The notes under the pieces: generated by a model
Database searches by the model: none
Told to the model about the DNA's origin: nothing
What the model saw: only the letters and a program-made list of their open reading frames with translations
Assembly: GCA_964016885.1 (NCBI GenBank)
Contig: OZ024759.1
Span: forward strand, 15,252,001 to 15,316,000
Origin: Eledone cirrhosa
Lineage: Eukaryota
Reading direction: 5' to 3'
Length of the DNA stretch: 64,000 nucleotides
Program-made: the position numbers and the translations under genes
Shown here: piece by piece, positions 1 to 19,240 of the stretch
Layout: each line of letters opens with the position of its first letter
How positions within the stretch are numbered: position 1 is the first letter of the stretch

Positions 1-635
1 CTAACTACACTCACACTAACACATCACATTCATACCAACAGACCAAGAAATACCAACTACAGTGAGAGATATGATTACTTAGGTCATCCATGTACATTTA
101 CAAATATATACAACGAGGTTAGTATACGTATATATTGCACACACACACACACATACACGCACACACATACATACACATACATACATACATGGTGGCTGCC
201 AACTCGTTTTCGAGTACGGACACTACTTTGTATCCATGTAGGAGAACCCCTACCAATGCACTGAACGAGTGTGACTTTTTAATCCAGCCAGCGACTTGAA
301 AACTCTGGTACAAACACTACACTTGTGACAATTATTGACACATAGTGCTGGGCCCATGGTACCATGTGACGACAAGTGCAGAGAGATATCCAGATACAAA
401 GCAATGCCTGTGCCGTGAAGCTTTTATAGTGAGCAAAGGCACTGCACAAAGCCAGTCCCACTCTCTTAACCAAGATGATATTTACCAAAAAGAAGAACAA
501 GTCAACATCATTGGATACCATCAGAGTTGCAGGTGTTATATCAGAGTTTTCCTTCTCCTAGAATTCTGCCTTGACAAAGGCTAAGGGGTCATATCTCCCG
601 GTAATTTTGGATGGCCATTGACTCTTAAGAGCTCC

Positions 636-666
<31 letters not shown>

Positions 667-674
667 CATACATA

Positions 675-1320
675 CATACATACATAATATGAAAGAGTAC
701 TGGTGGAATGTTCCAGTAAAAATCACAATAAAATGCAGGCATAACAGACCAGATATTATGATATGGGACAGAGAAATGAAAGCATGCACAGTAGTGGAAG
801 TTAGCTGTCCAGCATATGCCAATATAATATCAAAGATTAGCGAATAGGAGAATAGTTATGCAGAACTGATGAGAAATCTGCAGATACTCCACTCTGATTA
901 CACCTTCAGATTTATGCCTGTGATTATTGGGCCACTGGGGTATGTTAGTAACTGCCTCAATGCAAATCTTGTGAAGCTGGGCTTCACAGGAACAGAAAGA
1001 ACACAACTAGTTAGGAAATTACAAGTACGATCCATTAATGGAACAGTAAAAATATGTAAAACATTCCAAAAATTTGGCATCTAATAACTGCATATACACA
1101 TGTACAGATACAAAGCATATACACATGCACACATCCAACTCAAATCATACACATCCACACATACAATAACATCCATATCTACACATGCATGCATGCATAC
1201 ATACATATCTACCTAGTTGATGTTGTGTAAATTCCAATGACAGAGTCTTGTGTCTATGTTAGAAACCGACTCTCTTTCTATTGGTAAAACTTTGTGAAAT
1301 TATAAAACCAGAAGAACATA
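675..1320 (+). mobile_element. 5'-truncated 3' end of an RLE-type non-LTR retrotransposon (R2 superfamily, R4/Dong-like), copy 1
   Basis: Reads EYWWNVPV...HNRPDIMIWDRE...VVEVSCP...Y.ELMRNLQ, a PD-(D/E)xK restriction-like endonuclease. Near-identical to 2170-2800. Begins in a (TACA)n tract. Confidence 0.85.
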
Positions 1321-1339
1321 CATTGAACTCTCTGTGTAA

Positions 1340-2800
1340 AACAAAACAGCGGCCCACAATGCGTTTGCTGTGCCTGTCCTAATACCAACGTTTGGAATAC
1401 TGAATTGAACGATAGACGAAATCCGAACAGTTGATGTTAGAACTCGAAAAATACAATACAACACTGGAAACGTCCACATCAACAGTGACATAGACTGCCT
1501 TTAATTGAAACGTAAGCAGGGAGTCAGAAGCCTAACATCAGTTCAGACAGCATTTGAATGTCCCATCATATCCATCCGACATCTACGAACCCCGAAGCGT
1601 AGGAGCCCGTCTCTCGAGCAAGTCTATCTGCATGAAACAGAGGAGATCATGATACTTGGGAAGGAACTCCTCGAGAGATATTCCCTGTGTGATAATCAAA
1701 AACTCGCACCCTGGGATGTCGCTCAGCAGTATCGCAGTGAATCCATGGATGAAAAACTGCATACTTATCAGCAAAATATCATGCATGGATATGTTGCCAG
1801 GAAGCTCCAGAGTGAGAGTAATATAGATAAGGAAAGTAGTCTATCTTGGACCAACAACCGCTATATTGGCTCCCACTTTGAAGGATACCCTTTTGAAATC
1901 CAAGAACAGGAAATTAACACGAAATATCTGATTCACAAAAGAGATAGGGATGCAGGCAAAACATCTAGATGTGATAACAAGTGCAGACTCTGCAGAATTA
2001 ACATCGAAGATGTCACCCATGTCATCAGCAGCTGTCCAAAGATGTCATAGCGGTAATATCTACCTATGAGGCATGATGTAGTGGCCAAAACACTCTAAAA
2101 TGCAATTCGTAGAAAAGATAGTCCCGATAATAAACACATGAAACGCTACAGAAATGTGGAAGACATCCATATACATAATATGAAAGAGTACTGGTGGAAT
2201 GTTCCAGTAAAAATCCCAATAAAATGCAGGCATAACAGACCAGATATTATGATATGGGACAGAGAAAAGAAAACATGCACAGTAGTGGAAATTAGCTGTC
2301 CAGCAGATGCCAATATAATATCAAAGATTAGCGAAAAGGAGAATAGTTATGTAGAACTGATGAGAAATCTGCAGATACTCCACTCTGATTACACCTTCAG
2401 ATTTATGCCTGTGATTATTGGGTATGTTAGTAACTGCCTCAATGCAAATATTGAGAAGCTGGGCTTCACAAGAACAGAAATAACACAACTAGAAATTACA
2501 AGTACGATACATTAATGGAACAGTAAATATATGTAAAACATTCCAAAAATGTTGCATCTAATAACTGCATATACACATGTACAGATACTAAGCATAAACA
2601 CATGCACACATACAACTCAAAACATAGACATCCACACATACAATAACATCCATATCTACACCTGCATGCATGCAGGCATGCATACATATCTACCTAGTTG
2701 ATGTTGTGTAAATTCCAATGAGAGAGTCTTGTGTCTATGTTAGAAACCGACTCTCTCTCTGTTGGCAAAAATTTGTGAAATTATAAAACCCGAAGAACAT
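1340..2800 (+). mobile_element. Degenerate 3' part of an RLE-type non-LTR retrotransposon, copy 2
   Basis: QEQEINT motif, CCHC knuckle CRLCRINIEDVTHVISSC, RHDVV, then the RPDI...EISCP endonuclease. In-frame stops present. 3' UTR shared with copy 1 and ends in CATACAT. Confidence 0.88.
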
Positions 2801-3299
2801 ACATGCATATACATATATATATATATATTCATATATAAATCTATGGACGTGTGTATATATATATATATATATGAAGATCTAACGCCCCGTCCTTTTTAAT
2901 ATTATTATTAGTATATATATACGGGGAATTGGCAACATCTTTAGAGAGTCGGACGCCATGCTTTGCAGCATCAAGTTACGATAGTCTTCTTCTTCAGCTT
3001 CTTCTCCTTCTCCTTCATCTTCATCTTCTTCTTCTTCTCGTAATTGATGTTTTCGACAGTGTCATAGTCTTTAGTGTTATTGTTGTTATTTTAAAAATGG
3101 CGTTTCGTTGTGAATATTATATAAAGCTAACAACATGATTAAAGGCACGTAACACAAGACTCAAGATCGGATATATGAAATTGAGACGTTTTCTATCATT
3201 ATGCAATTATATTTTTAGTGTTTATAAATTTATCCTATTTTCTTTATATATTTATTGTTATATTGTTTCTTTAATTATATCATGTATTTCGTTATTGAA

Positions 3300-5711
<2,412 letters not shown>

Positions 5712-5933
5712 GTTATTAGGAGTATTCCAAAGCTTGGTAGAACAAGTTGTGAGGAAAGTTCTTAACATACGTTAAGGTGACTCGACAGGTTGGTAGGGAT
5801 TCTGTAGTGGAAACACGAACAAACGAGGTGTGTAATCAAAGAAGAGAAATAGGACGAAGGTAAACAATTACAAAAGAATTTAATCCACGTATTTACAATT
5901 GTTTCATCAGAATTTCAGATATATATATATATA

Positions 5934-6640
5934 TACGAGGTGTGTCAGAAAAGTTCCAGGACTGATGTCACAAAAGATTTATTTCAAACCCAAACTTCAC
6001 ACTAAGAGTTTTCTCCTTCAAAGTAAATCCCCCTTGAGTATGTAACTGTAATCTTAGCTCTCAGCAGCGATCAAACTTTTTTCTTCATAATCTTATATAC
6101 ATGTCCTCTGTTTCAGATCGAGCACAGAGCAACGAACAAACTTGAAGTTTCTAGTACGGCTGGGAAAAACTCCGTCAGAAGCAGTGGGATTGCTGCGGGC
6201 AAGTGTATGGAGATGAGACGATGTCACGCTCACGTGTGTTTGAGTGGTGCAAGAGGTGTAAAGAAGGACGCGAGGGACGTGGAAGATGACCCCAGGAGCG
6301 GAAGGCCCTCAACAACCAGGACTGAGGTCAACGTTGAGCGCGTCACTGTCCGACTGATGGCAAATCGCTGGGCCTGAATCGGGACAGCGTCAGGAAGATT
6401 CTCACTGAAGATTTGGACATGCGGAAAGTATGCGCGAAGATGGTGCCAAAACTGCTGAACGATGACCAGAATGGTCGACGCTTGCATGTGTGCCAGGACA
6501 TCCTCGAGCGTCTTGTAACCGAACCAGACTTGCTAGGGACAGTCATCGCCGGTGATGAGTCATGTATCTTCGAGTACGACCAGGAGGGGACCCGTTTTGA
6601 AGATGTGGACGACATATAAAAGGCCGTGGCAGACAGAGAC
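5934..6640 (+). mobile_element. Internally deleted mariner transposon remnant
   Basis: Starts TA-CGAGGTGTGTCAGAAAAGTTCC (mariner-like terminus). HTH region (SRSRVFEWCKR...DDPRSGRPST), MRKVCAKMVPKLL, GDESCIFEYD, then a jump to the C-terminal RFEDVDDI. Confidence 0.85.
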
Positions 6641-7260
6641 ACCATGTTGACACTATGGAGGACATTTGTCCTAAGCCGCCTAGACTATTGCTCCTAGCTG
6701 TGGTCACCCCCATAGTGTCAAACTAACCACGGAGCTTGAGGCAATCTAGAGAGGCTACACCAAGAGGATTGCCAAGATGAAGGAGATAAGCTACAGGGAG
6801 AGGCTAAAAGAAATGAATCTCTACTCCTTGGAACGAATACGGGAGAGATACGCTGTGATCTACATGTGGAAAATCCTGGAAGGATTTAGCACCAAACTAA
6901 GGGAGCTGGACCAGGCGCCGAACAGGACGTCATTGTGTGGTGCCAGCCAAAGGTCCCGTCTTCCACATTTAGAATAAGGAGCAGATATTGCAATAGCCTG
7001 GGGTTCAAGGGCCCTCAACTCTTCAACAAGATGCCGAGGGATCTAAAAGATCTGCATGGTTTGGAAGTGGATGTCTTCATGGAACATCTCGACACCTTGC
7101 TATCCAGGATCCCGGATGAGCCCACAACAAGGCACGAGGGAAACCTAAGGGCAGCAGCAAATAACTCCCTCTTGCACCAGTGGCCAACCAATACAGGCTG
7201 GAGATAAAATGTGTAGCAACAAGGGCGATGCCCCAGCATGGCCTCAGCCGGATGACTGGA
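6641..7260 (+). mobile_element. 3' end of a CR1-group LINE
   Basis: RL.YCS..WSP, SYRERLKEMNLYSLERIRERY, GPQLFN, IPDEPT: typical post-RT C-terminus, frameshifted. Confidence 0.8.
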
Positions 7261-7344
7261 ACAGGTAAAAGTGTAAAAGAGTATATATACATATATATAT
7301 ATATATTATATATATATACATATATATATATATATTATATATTG

Positions 7345-7379
<35 letters not shown>

Positions 7380-7383
<4 letters not shown>

Positions 7384-7700
7384 AATGGAAACTATATTTA
7401 TAAAACCATATTTATTTTATTATACATATTTCAAGGACACCACGTTAACTATCCGGGAGCTTCCAATAGTAATGGTTGCATTTGTTAAGGGTATGTCAAT
7501 AATTATTTATAAAACTGATCTATATTGTATTTTGTCTGATGAAAGCACACCATAATTTAACGTGGTGTCCTTGAAATATGTATAATAAAATAGATATGGT
7601 TTTATAAATATAGTTTCCATTTGTTAATATCGTATGTTTACTCCAAATACTTGTTGAGTGCTTTATATCAGTTATAAAAATATTTGCTTGTTGTATCCCA
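7380..7700. mobile_element. Penelope-type terminal remnant forming an inverted repeat
   Basis: 7381-7442 (acaaatggaaactatatttataaaaccata...ggacaccac) is inverted at about 7562-7624. Same family as 53815-54268. Confidence 0.6.
7528..7592 (+). ncRNA. Minimal type I hammerhead ribozyme motif
   Basis: tattttgt-CTGATGA-stem II (cacca/tggtg)-GAAA-tatgta-TA-ataaaata; stem I closes as tattttgt/ataaaata. Confidence 0.65.
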
Positions 7701-7722
7701 ACAATTTAAATAGAACTTTTGC

Positions 7723-7755
<33 letters not shown>

Positions 7756-7769
7756 CTGTATATATATAT

Positions 7770-8058
7770 GTGTCAGACCCGTTCAGCAGCACAGACTCCA
7801 CTACAGCAACGAAGAGGCAGATCTTCAGGTATTTACGAAGGTCCGACTTCCACACCGATCTCAAGCTGTGGCACGCCGCCCAGGCTTTGCTCTTCCTCTC
7901 GACCACATCATCTTCCGATTTCCCAATGTTTGCTCCCAAATACAGGAAATCGTCAACCAATTCTAGCCGCTTCCCGCCTACATTACTAATCTTCTCTAAC
8001 TTCTTAATATTCCCTACCTGATATTTCGTCTTAATCTCATTCATTCTCAGCCCCACCC
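7770..8058 (-). mobile_element. RTE-clade LINE fragment (RT C-terminal part)
   Basis: VGLRMNEIKTKY...DDFLYLG...KAWAAC...VESVLLNG; same family as 15045-15720. Confidence 0.85.
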
Positions 8059-8059
8059 T

Positions 8060-10740
8060 TGTCGACACAGCCCCACCTCCTGCATCAAATCCTTTGCCCC
8101 CTTCACTGTGTTTATCACCAAAACTATGTCGTCGGCAACACAACATTCTCTAATGGATACTGTGAATCAGTCACTGTGCACAATAAAGCCAATTACCTGA
8201 CATTAGTTGGGCTCTATAGGCCACCAGAAAAACCCATAATCTGCTTCAAAGAGTGCCTCAACAGTATTAATTGTTTTATTAAACAGTGCCATTCTAACAA
8301 CATACTTTTGATGGAAGACTTTACTCTACCCTGTGTCGATTGGTCTACATGTAGTTTGAAACCAGGCTCCACAGCCTCAACCACTGACAAAGAGGCTCTC
8401 GAATCACTTCTTGACCTCAGAAATGAGTTTTTCTTGTCCCAACTTGTTCTTGTGCCGACGAGGCATCAGAAGAACATTCTGGATCTAGTGTTTAGTAACC
8501 ACACTAACACTATATTACAGTGGAAAAAACTCTTCTCTCAGACCATGACATGGTTCTTTGTAACCTGAGATTCCACCAGCCGAAAGCTAATCCTAGAGTC
8601 ATCTCTCCAGCCCACCCATTTGATAACATGGATCTCTACAATGCCAACTGGGATGCAATTATCAACGAACTATCACATATCGACTGGTCTTTTACACACG
8701 CACACACTTCCACCAACATCAAGACATCTTGGCAGATCTTTGTAGACACTGTCACAAATATATGTACAAAACACACCCCCACCAAAACCTGTGAACAAAA
8801 TCAAGTGCAGTATCCCCCAAAACGGAAAAACAATTATCAGAAAAATAAAAAAGAACAAACAAAAAAATTAACACACTAAAATACTGCCAACAGCAACACA
8901 CACATTCTACGGCTATCACCCTACTTGAGTCATCACAATATAACCTCCAGCAATGCATGATGACCATCATCAATAACCAGAGATAGCTGAAGAGAGGTGG
9001 GCCATTGAGAAAATCAAACTCAACCCCAAAGAGTTCTTTTCATTTGCTAAAAAACACAAGGTCACCGTCTCCACTGTTGGCCCCCTAGTTGATGAAAATG
9101 GCACACTCCAGAACAATGCCAAAACCATGGGTGAGATACTGCAGAAACAATACTGCTCTGTTTTCAGCAATCCTGATATGGCCGATCTGGGCCGTATCAG
9201 TGATGTTAACCCCCAACACACTATATCAGACATAACGTTTGGCGCCTCTGATGTCTTAGCGGCAATAAACGAAATTAAATACAATTCAGGCGTAGGCCAT
9301 GACAGGTTCCCTGCTTGTGTCCTGAAGGTGTTTCGACACCAATTTACATCACCTCTTGCATCTGTGGAGGAGTCTCCTGGACACTGGCTATATTCCTGAA
9401 AACTTTCTGTCCCAGTCCGTTGTCCCAGTCTTCAAAAAGGTAAGTCCCTTGCAGTGAATTACCGTCCAATTTCAGTCACCTCTCATATTATCAAGGTATT
9501 TGATAGGGTGGTGAGATCACGAATAACCCACTTTCTTGAAAGCAACTGCCTGCTGAACTGTAGTCGAAGGAATAAAATCAAGCCCTACCAAAGTCAGCAG
9601 TGGCGTCCAACAAGGCACTGTGTTGGGCCCACTTCTTTTCATCATCTACATTAATGACATTACTGATATCATCAAGCACAGCAACATCAGAATCTGCACA
9701 GATGATTCCAGGCTCCAAGGTGGCATCAATGAGGTGGGTGACCGGACTTGCCTTCAGTCAGACCTACTGGCTGTTATCCAATGGGCAGAAATGAATAATA
9801 TGCTGTTGAATGAGGATAAAATTGAATTAATCTACTTGGAAAAAAGGATGCCCTGAAACTACCATACTCTCTTCCTTTGGGTGAAACTCTAGTGGCATCC
9901 AACAACATCAGAGACCTGAGAATAATTGTAGACAACAACATAAGCTGGTCCACTCATATAAACAGCAAAGTTGATATGGCCCGCAGAATGTGTTCCTGAA
10001 TTCTTAGAACTTTCCAGTTGAGAGATATCCACACTGTTATCCTTCTTTTCTCCGCTTTTGCCCGACCCCACCTTGAATAACTGCTGTCCATTGTGGTCAC
10101 CCCACATGAAACAAAGTATCATGAAAGTTGAAGCACCCCAAAGGTCAATTACAAAAAAGATACATGGCATGACAGGCCTTGACTATTGGATTCGATTAGA
10201 AAAGCTCAAACTTTATTATCTCCAACGTCGCCGTGAGCGCTACATTATCTGTTTCAAATCCCGCCGAGGTTGACTTTGCCTTTCATCCTTACGGGGTCGA
10301 TAAAATAAAGTACCAGTAATGCACTGGGTATTTGCTGGCCTTGTGCATAAAAGTAGAAACAATTATCTGTATGATGTGGAAAATATTCCATCAGCTTTGC
10401 CCAAATGATGTTGGCATCACCTTTAGTGTACACCCAAGCTTGGGCCCCGTGCTATCCGCCCACGAGAAAAATCTCAGTCGCATCACATAACGACAATACT
10501 ACACAATTATTTCACCTCAATTGGCCCTGCACTCATTAACATTATACCAAGACACATCAAAGCCGAGACAGACTCCATCAAATTCAAGAAGTCTTTGAAT
10601 AAATTCCTTCAAGAAATCCCGGATAAGCCTCCTATACCCGGATATGCCTCCGTAAACAATAACTCTCTGGACCATGGTGCCCAAACACTGATTTGTAAGA
10701 CTTCGCTAGGTGGTGCTATTAAGTTAGACATGGCCTGGGC
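8060..10740 (+). mobile_element. Degenerate CR1-group LINE ORF2 (APE endonuclease plus RT with internal deletion)
   Basis: GLYRPP, EDFTLP, PTR..NILDLVF, SDH (APE); NYRPISVTS, SGVQQGTVLGPLLF, C-T-D-D (RT); YWIRLEKLKLYYLQRRRERY and IPDKP tail. Many frameshifts; SINE inserted at about 10252. Confidence 0.88.
10252..10365 (+). mobile_element. tRNA-derived SINE, 3' part, inserted in the LINE
   Basis: ttcaaatcccgccgaggttgactttgcctttcatccttacggggtcgataaaataaagtaccag...agtagaaacaatta; matches 25187-25368. Confidence 0.85.
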
Positions 10741-10741
10741 A

Positions 10742-15040
<4,299 letters not shown>

Positions 15041-15044
15041 GAAT

Positions 15045-15720
15045 GTGGTGCTGAGAATGAATGAGACTGAAACAAAATATCTGGTAGAGAAAGTTGAGAA
15101 GCCAGAGGGGATCACCAATGTAGGCGGGAAGCTGCTAGAATTGGTTGAGGACTTTCTGTATTTCAGAGCAAAGATTGGGAATACAGACGATGATGTGGTT
15201 GAGAGGAAGAGCAAGGCCTGGGCGGCATGCCGCAGCTTGAGATCGGTGTGGAAGTCAGACCTTAGTAAAGACCTGAAAATTCGTCTCTTCGTTGCTGTAG
15301 TGGAGTCTGTGCTGCTGTACGGGTATGAGTCTTGGACACTGACAAAGAAACTCACTCAGATGGTGGATGGGTGCTACACGACAATGCTTAGGATGGCTCT
15401 GAACATTAATCAGTATACACTGAGGATGAAAATCTCAGATCTGTAAGGGAGCCTCCCAAATGTCAGCTCAAAAGTGACACAGAGGAGACTGGGGTTAGCT
15501 GGACATGCTCACCGACATTCAGAGTTGACATTGCACTTAGTACTCCTTCGGGAGCCCCAACATGGACACACTGGAAGAGGAAGACCAAGGATAACGTATA
15601 TTGATGCCCTAAGGACAGACACTGCTCTGTTGGAGACGCAGAACATGGCAGCGATAATGAGGGACAGAGACCACTTGAGAGAACTCGTCCATGGGTCTCG
15701 AGAATTTTACCCGCCCTTGA
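15045..15720 (+). mobile_element. RTE-clade LINE 3' end
   Basis: [10 protein letters not shown]...[16 protein letters not shown]...RRLGLAGHAHRH...GRGRPRITYID...DRDHLRELV. Confidence 0.88.
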
Positions 15721-15837
15721 ATATATATAAATATATATAGTAATAATAATAAATTTGAAGACTAAAATCTGTAAAGGGTGAAAGCAGCGATTCTTTGCTT
15801 AAACTTTAATCTGTTATTTTAATAAATATATATATAC

Positions 15838-15898
<61 letters not shown>

Positions 15899-15981
15899 TA
15901 TATGTATAAATGAAAGGTATAGAAAATATTGTAGCAAAAAGCCAACAGTATTCCATAATATATGAATATATATATATACAT

Positions 15982-18405
15982 TAGAGTGTGCCATAAAAGG
16001 CAAGGTCACAATACTAATGCTCCATGTGTATTTTCCCATTATAAATGCCCAATTGGTAAAATAAAACATATTTTGTAGAAAATAATTTATTTTGAGCCTT
16101 ACCTATATCATGGTGATTATAGTGGAAAGTGTGATTTTGTTGCATGAAATCCTGAAAATGTGAAACCAGATATGACTATACAATAATTTTTTATTTTATT
16201 AATCCATTATATTTATTAAACCAGCTTTAAATATAAAGGCGTACAAGGAAGAAACAAGTTCAGTTAAGTTAACTCCAGTCCTATTTTTTTCAGAGTTTCA
16301 TTTTTGAAATCCGGACCTTGCGATGATGATCTTCGACTACTTGATGAACACACGCTTCTTCTCCTCATTCTTGGTGATGGCAACAAAATCAGTTATCAAC
16401 TTGACTGCTCTCTCTGCCAGATCGTTGCCTACCTTGATATTGTGAACAACAACACCTGCATTTTGATATGACGCTTGTGATGACCAAGTTGCAGGTGACA
16501 GCTCAAGCCAAGTATCGTCGAGACCAAGGAGATCGAACAGAAGCCTTGATTTCTTCCCAACGAGATGAGGCAGGTTCGTGGACGACTTCAAAACAGCGCT
16601 AGCAGAATGACTTCCTCTGTCAGGTACCAAACATGCCTGCTCAGAGCAGTAGTGGCTGCCTGCGAGAGATCTCTGTCAACCTTACTGTACTGTGTCAATT
16701 CCACGTAGAATTGAAGGTCATTGGATGGTGCATCAGCACACTTGACTGCTGTCAGCCAGTATCGCACATAAAACAGAGCATTGAACATACAGATCCGGCG
16801 CAACTTTTCCATTTTAGCTTGATCGTAATTGAGTCGCTCACCAAATGCATACATCTTTGCACTATAGATGATTGTGGACATCCACCGAGTGTTATGATGT
16901 GCACCAGGCAGCATCCAATGAATTTCACGAGGAGGGGGTGACACCAAGCAAGCTCAACATCACCTCGGCATATTCTCGGTTGTCGTCCCGTGGAAGAGAA
17001 CTCATTTTCCCATCGTCGGATGTCAGCAAGTATTGGAGGAACTTGATGTTCTCAGAACACAGACGCTTGAGTCTCCGGTCGACAATGTTCAATGTTGGTC
17101 TTGTCCGTGAGTGACACCCAATCTGTTTTGAACTCCTTGAACTCTGGGGTAGCTGGACTGGACATTGCTCCGAATAGTTGTTGCCACACTGCACACAAGA
17201 TACGCTCCATGACATGGTGCCGACAAGCAAAATAAAACACCTTTTTGTTGAGCATCTCTTCTAGATTCACGCAGGCACCATCTTTCCATCCAGTAGTCGC
17301 AGCAGTTGTGTCGAAGACCAAGTCCACCACAAACCCATCAACATTCCAATCTTTAACAAGATCAAATGATGCTTTGGCTTGAGTGGTTCCAGTGCCATCA
17401 GTAATTATGGGAACACTGAGGAGTTTATCTTCTCTGAAGTCCGGAGTTCCAGCAACTAGCACACCTAGCCTCTTGTGGTCACCAGGAATTATTTTGCCAT
17501 CCCAATGCAAGGTATCAAAGTCTGGTACAGCAAATTATTCCTTTATGTGTTGAGCCCCCACAGTTCTGATCTTCTTAGCTGCACGTCTGCTACTATTCTT
17601 GGAGCGAGTTGTGGCGTCTATGTCACCCACCCTCAGAAATAATCGATGCCATAAATGCTGTTCTCTGGCCCAGTGTCAGGTTTAAACGATCAGCCATTAG
17701 AGACATGTTTGAACTTTGAAATGAATTCTTTGGGAGTTCCAGTTGGATTTTTCGTTTCTTGTCTGACTTTCAGCTGTCTCGGGGTGGGTTTGACGCCTGA
17801 AATTCAGGATCCTGTTCATCTTCAGTTTCATCAATGGTTGAACTTGAATCATCAGTTCATTACGTGGAAGTAGTGCTGCTACAGATCCTGTCAAACGCTT
17901 TCTATGGTTCTCTGACTTTCGACGAACCACAGAAACCTGATCACGCTTAAACTTTGAAGATACCTTTTTCTGGTAACCCTTGTCTTCAGCACCCAGAGAT
18001 ACCTTTTTTCTGGCAAGGCAGGGCTTCGAGAAATGTAGCATCTTCCATTTTCTGTTCATAACGAAGATGGTCTTTCAAAATTTTCTTTTCAGCATCAATA
18101 TGTGCAATGTAGAAATACGAATCCAATTCAGAAATAAATAGTGCTTCCTTTTGTTTGTTTGACTTAAAACCTTTGTTTTTTTTGTAAATTTCTGTATTGA
18201 CTGTACATGTTCATAATTTTCAGTTTCACTTTGTCTTTTCGTTGAGTCGCCACATCAGCTTTTTCCCACTGACTAACTACTTCCATCACAAGCCTATCCG
18301 CAATAGCACCATTGAAGCTCACATGCTTTTCGTGTTCCATAGAACCATCTTTCAGGTAGAAAAAATATCTTAGAACATCCCTCTTTGTTGGGATTTTGTT
18401 TGGTG
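15982..18405 (-). mobile_element. Degenerate DDE transposase relic, hAT superfamily (hATm-like), one terminus retained
   Basis: Minus-strand fragments [60 protein letters not shown]. Terminus TAGAGTGTGCC at 15982. Subfamily call is from recalled motifs. Confidence 0.75.
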
Positions 18406-18414
18406 AAAAGGATA

Positions 18415-18920
18415 TAATATATATATATATGTACATATATATATATGTATATATATGTATATGTATAAATATGTATATGTATATATGTATATGTATAAGT
18501 TTATATATGTATATGTATATATATATATGTATATATATGTGTATATGTATATATATGTATATATATGTATATATATGTATATATGTGTATATGTATATAT
18601 GTGTATATGTGTGTATATGTATATATATGTATATATATGTATATGTATATATATGTATATGTATATATATATATGTATATGTATATATGTATATATATGT
18701 ATATGTATATATATGTATATATATGTATATGTATATATATGTATATGTATATATATGTATATGTATATGTATATAAATATATATCTAGGTATGTACTTAT
18801 ATGTGTGTGTATGTATATATATGTGTATATATATATCTATGTATGTATATATATATATGTGTGTATGTATATATCATCTTCCTTGAAATATATACACTCA
18901 TATACATGTGTGTATATATT
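18415..18920. repeat. (TATG/TA)n microsatellite replacing the transposase 5' end
   Basis: Direct reading. Confidence 0.95.
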
Positions 18921-19093
18921 TTTATCTCCATAATAATTGTTCTGTATATATGTACAAAATACTATTAGATTCTAAATTAATTTAAATATAGAAACGGAAT
19001 GTGCTATAACGCACAAAATATATTTTGAGACGTGTTTCGTCCCTTTCCGTTTCTATATATTTTTTTTTAGATGCATACAATTTTACCGCTAAT

Positions 19094-19240
19094 GCGGTTC
19101 GGACTTCGTCGTCTACTTAATTATGGCGTGACCATTCTATGTGTCTGAAGTTCGAATCGTTACGAGGTCTTCGTGGCTTATGCAGCTGGGATTATTTGCA
19201 GGCTGGCTACTTGCTGGCCTGCGTCCCGGACCTCGCGAAC
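19094..19240 (+). ncRNA. Putative structured small RNA, copy A (5' part and promoter deleted)
   Basis: Stems ggttcggacttcg/tgaagttcgaatc, cgaggtc/gacctcg, tgggat/gtcccg and gcaggctggc/gctggcctgc. Irregular pairs are G-U on the + strand. Contains GTTCGAATC. Confidence 0.5.

Noticed and set aside
190-635. Unique segment between (CATA)n tracts, possibly the 5' UTR of the RLE element
   Set aside because: No coding or terminal motif I can verify.
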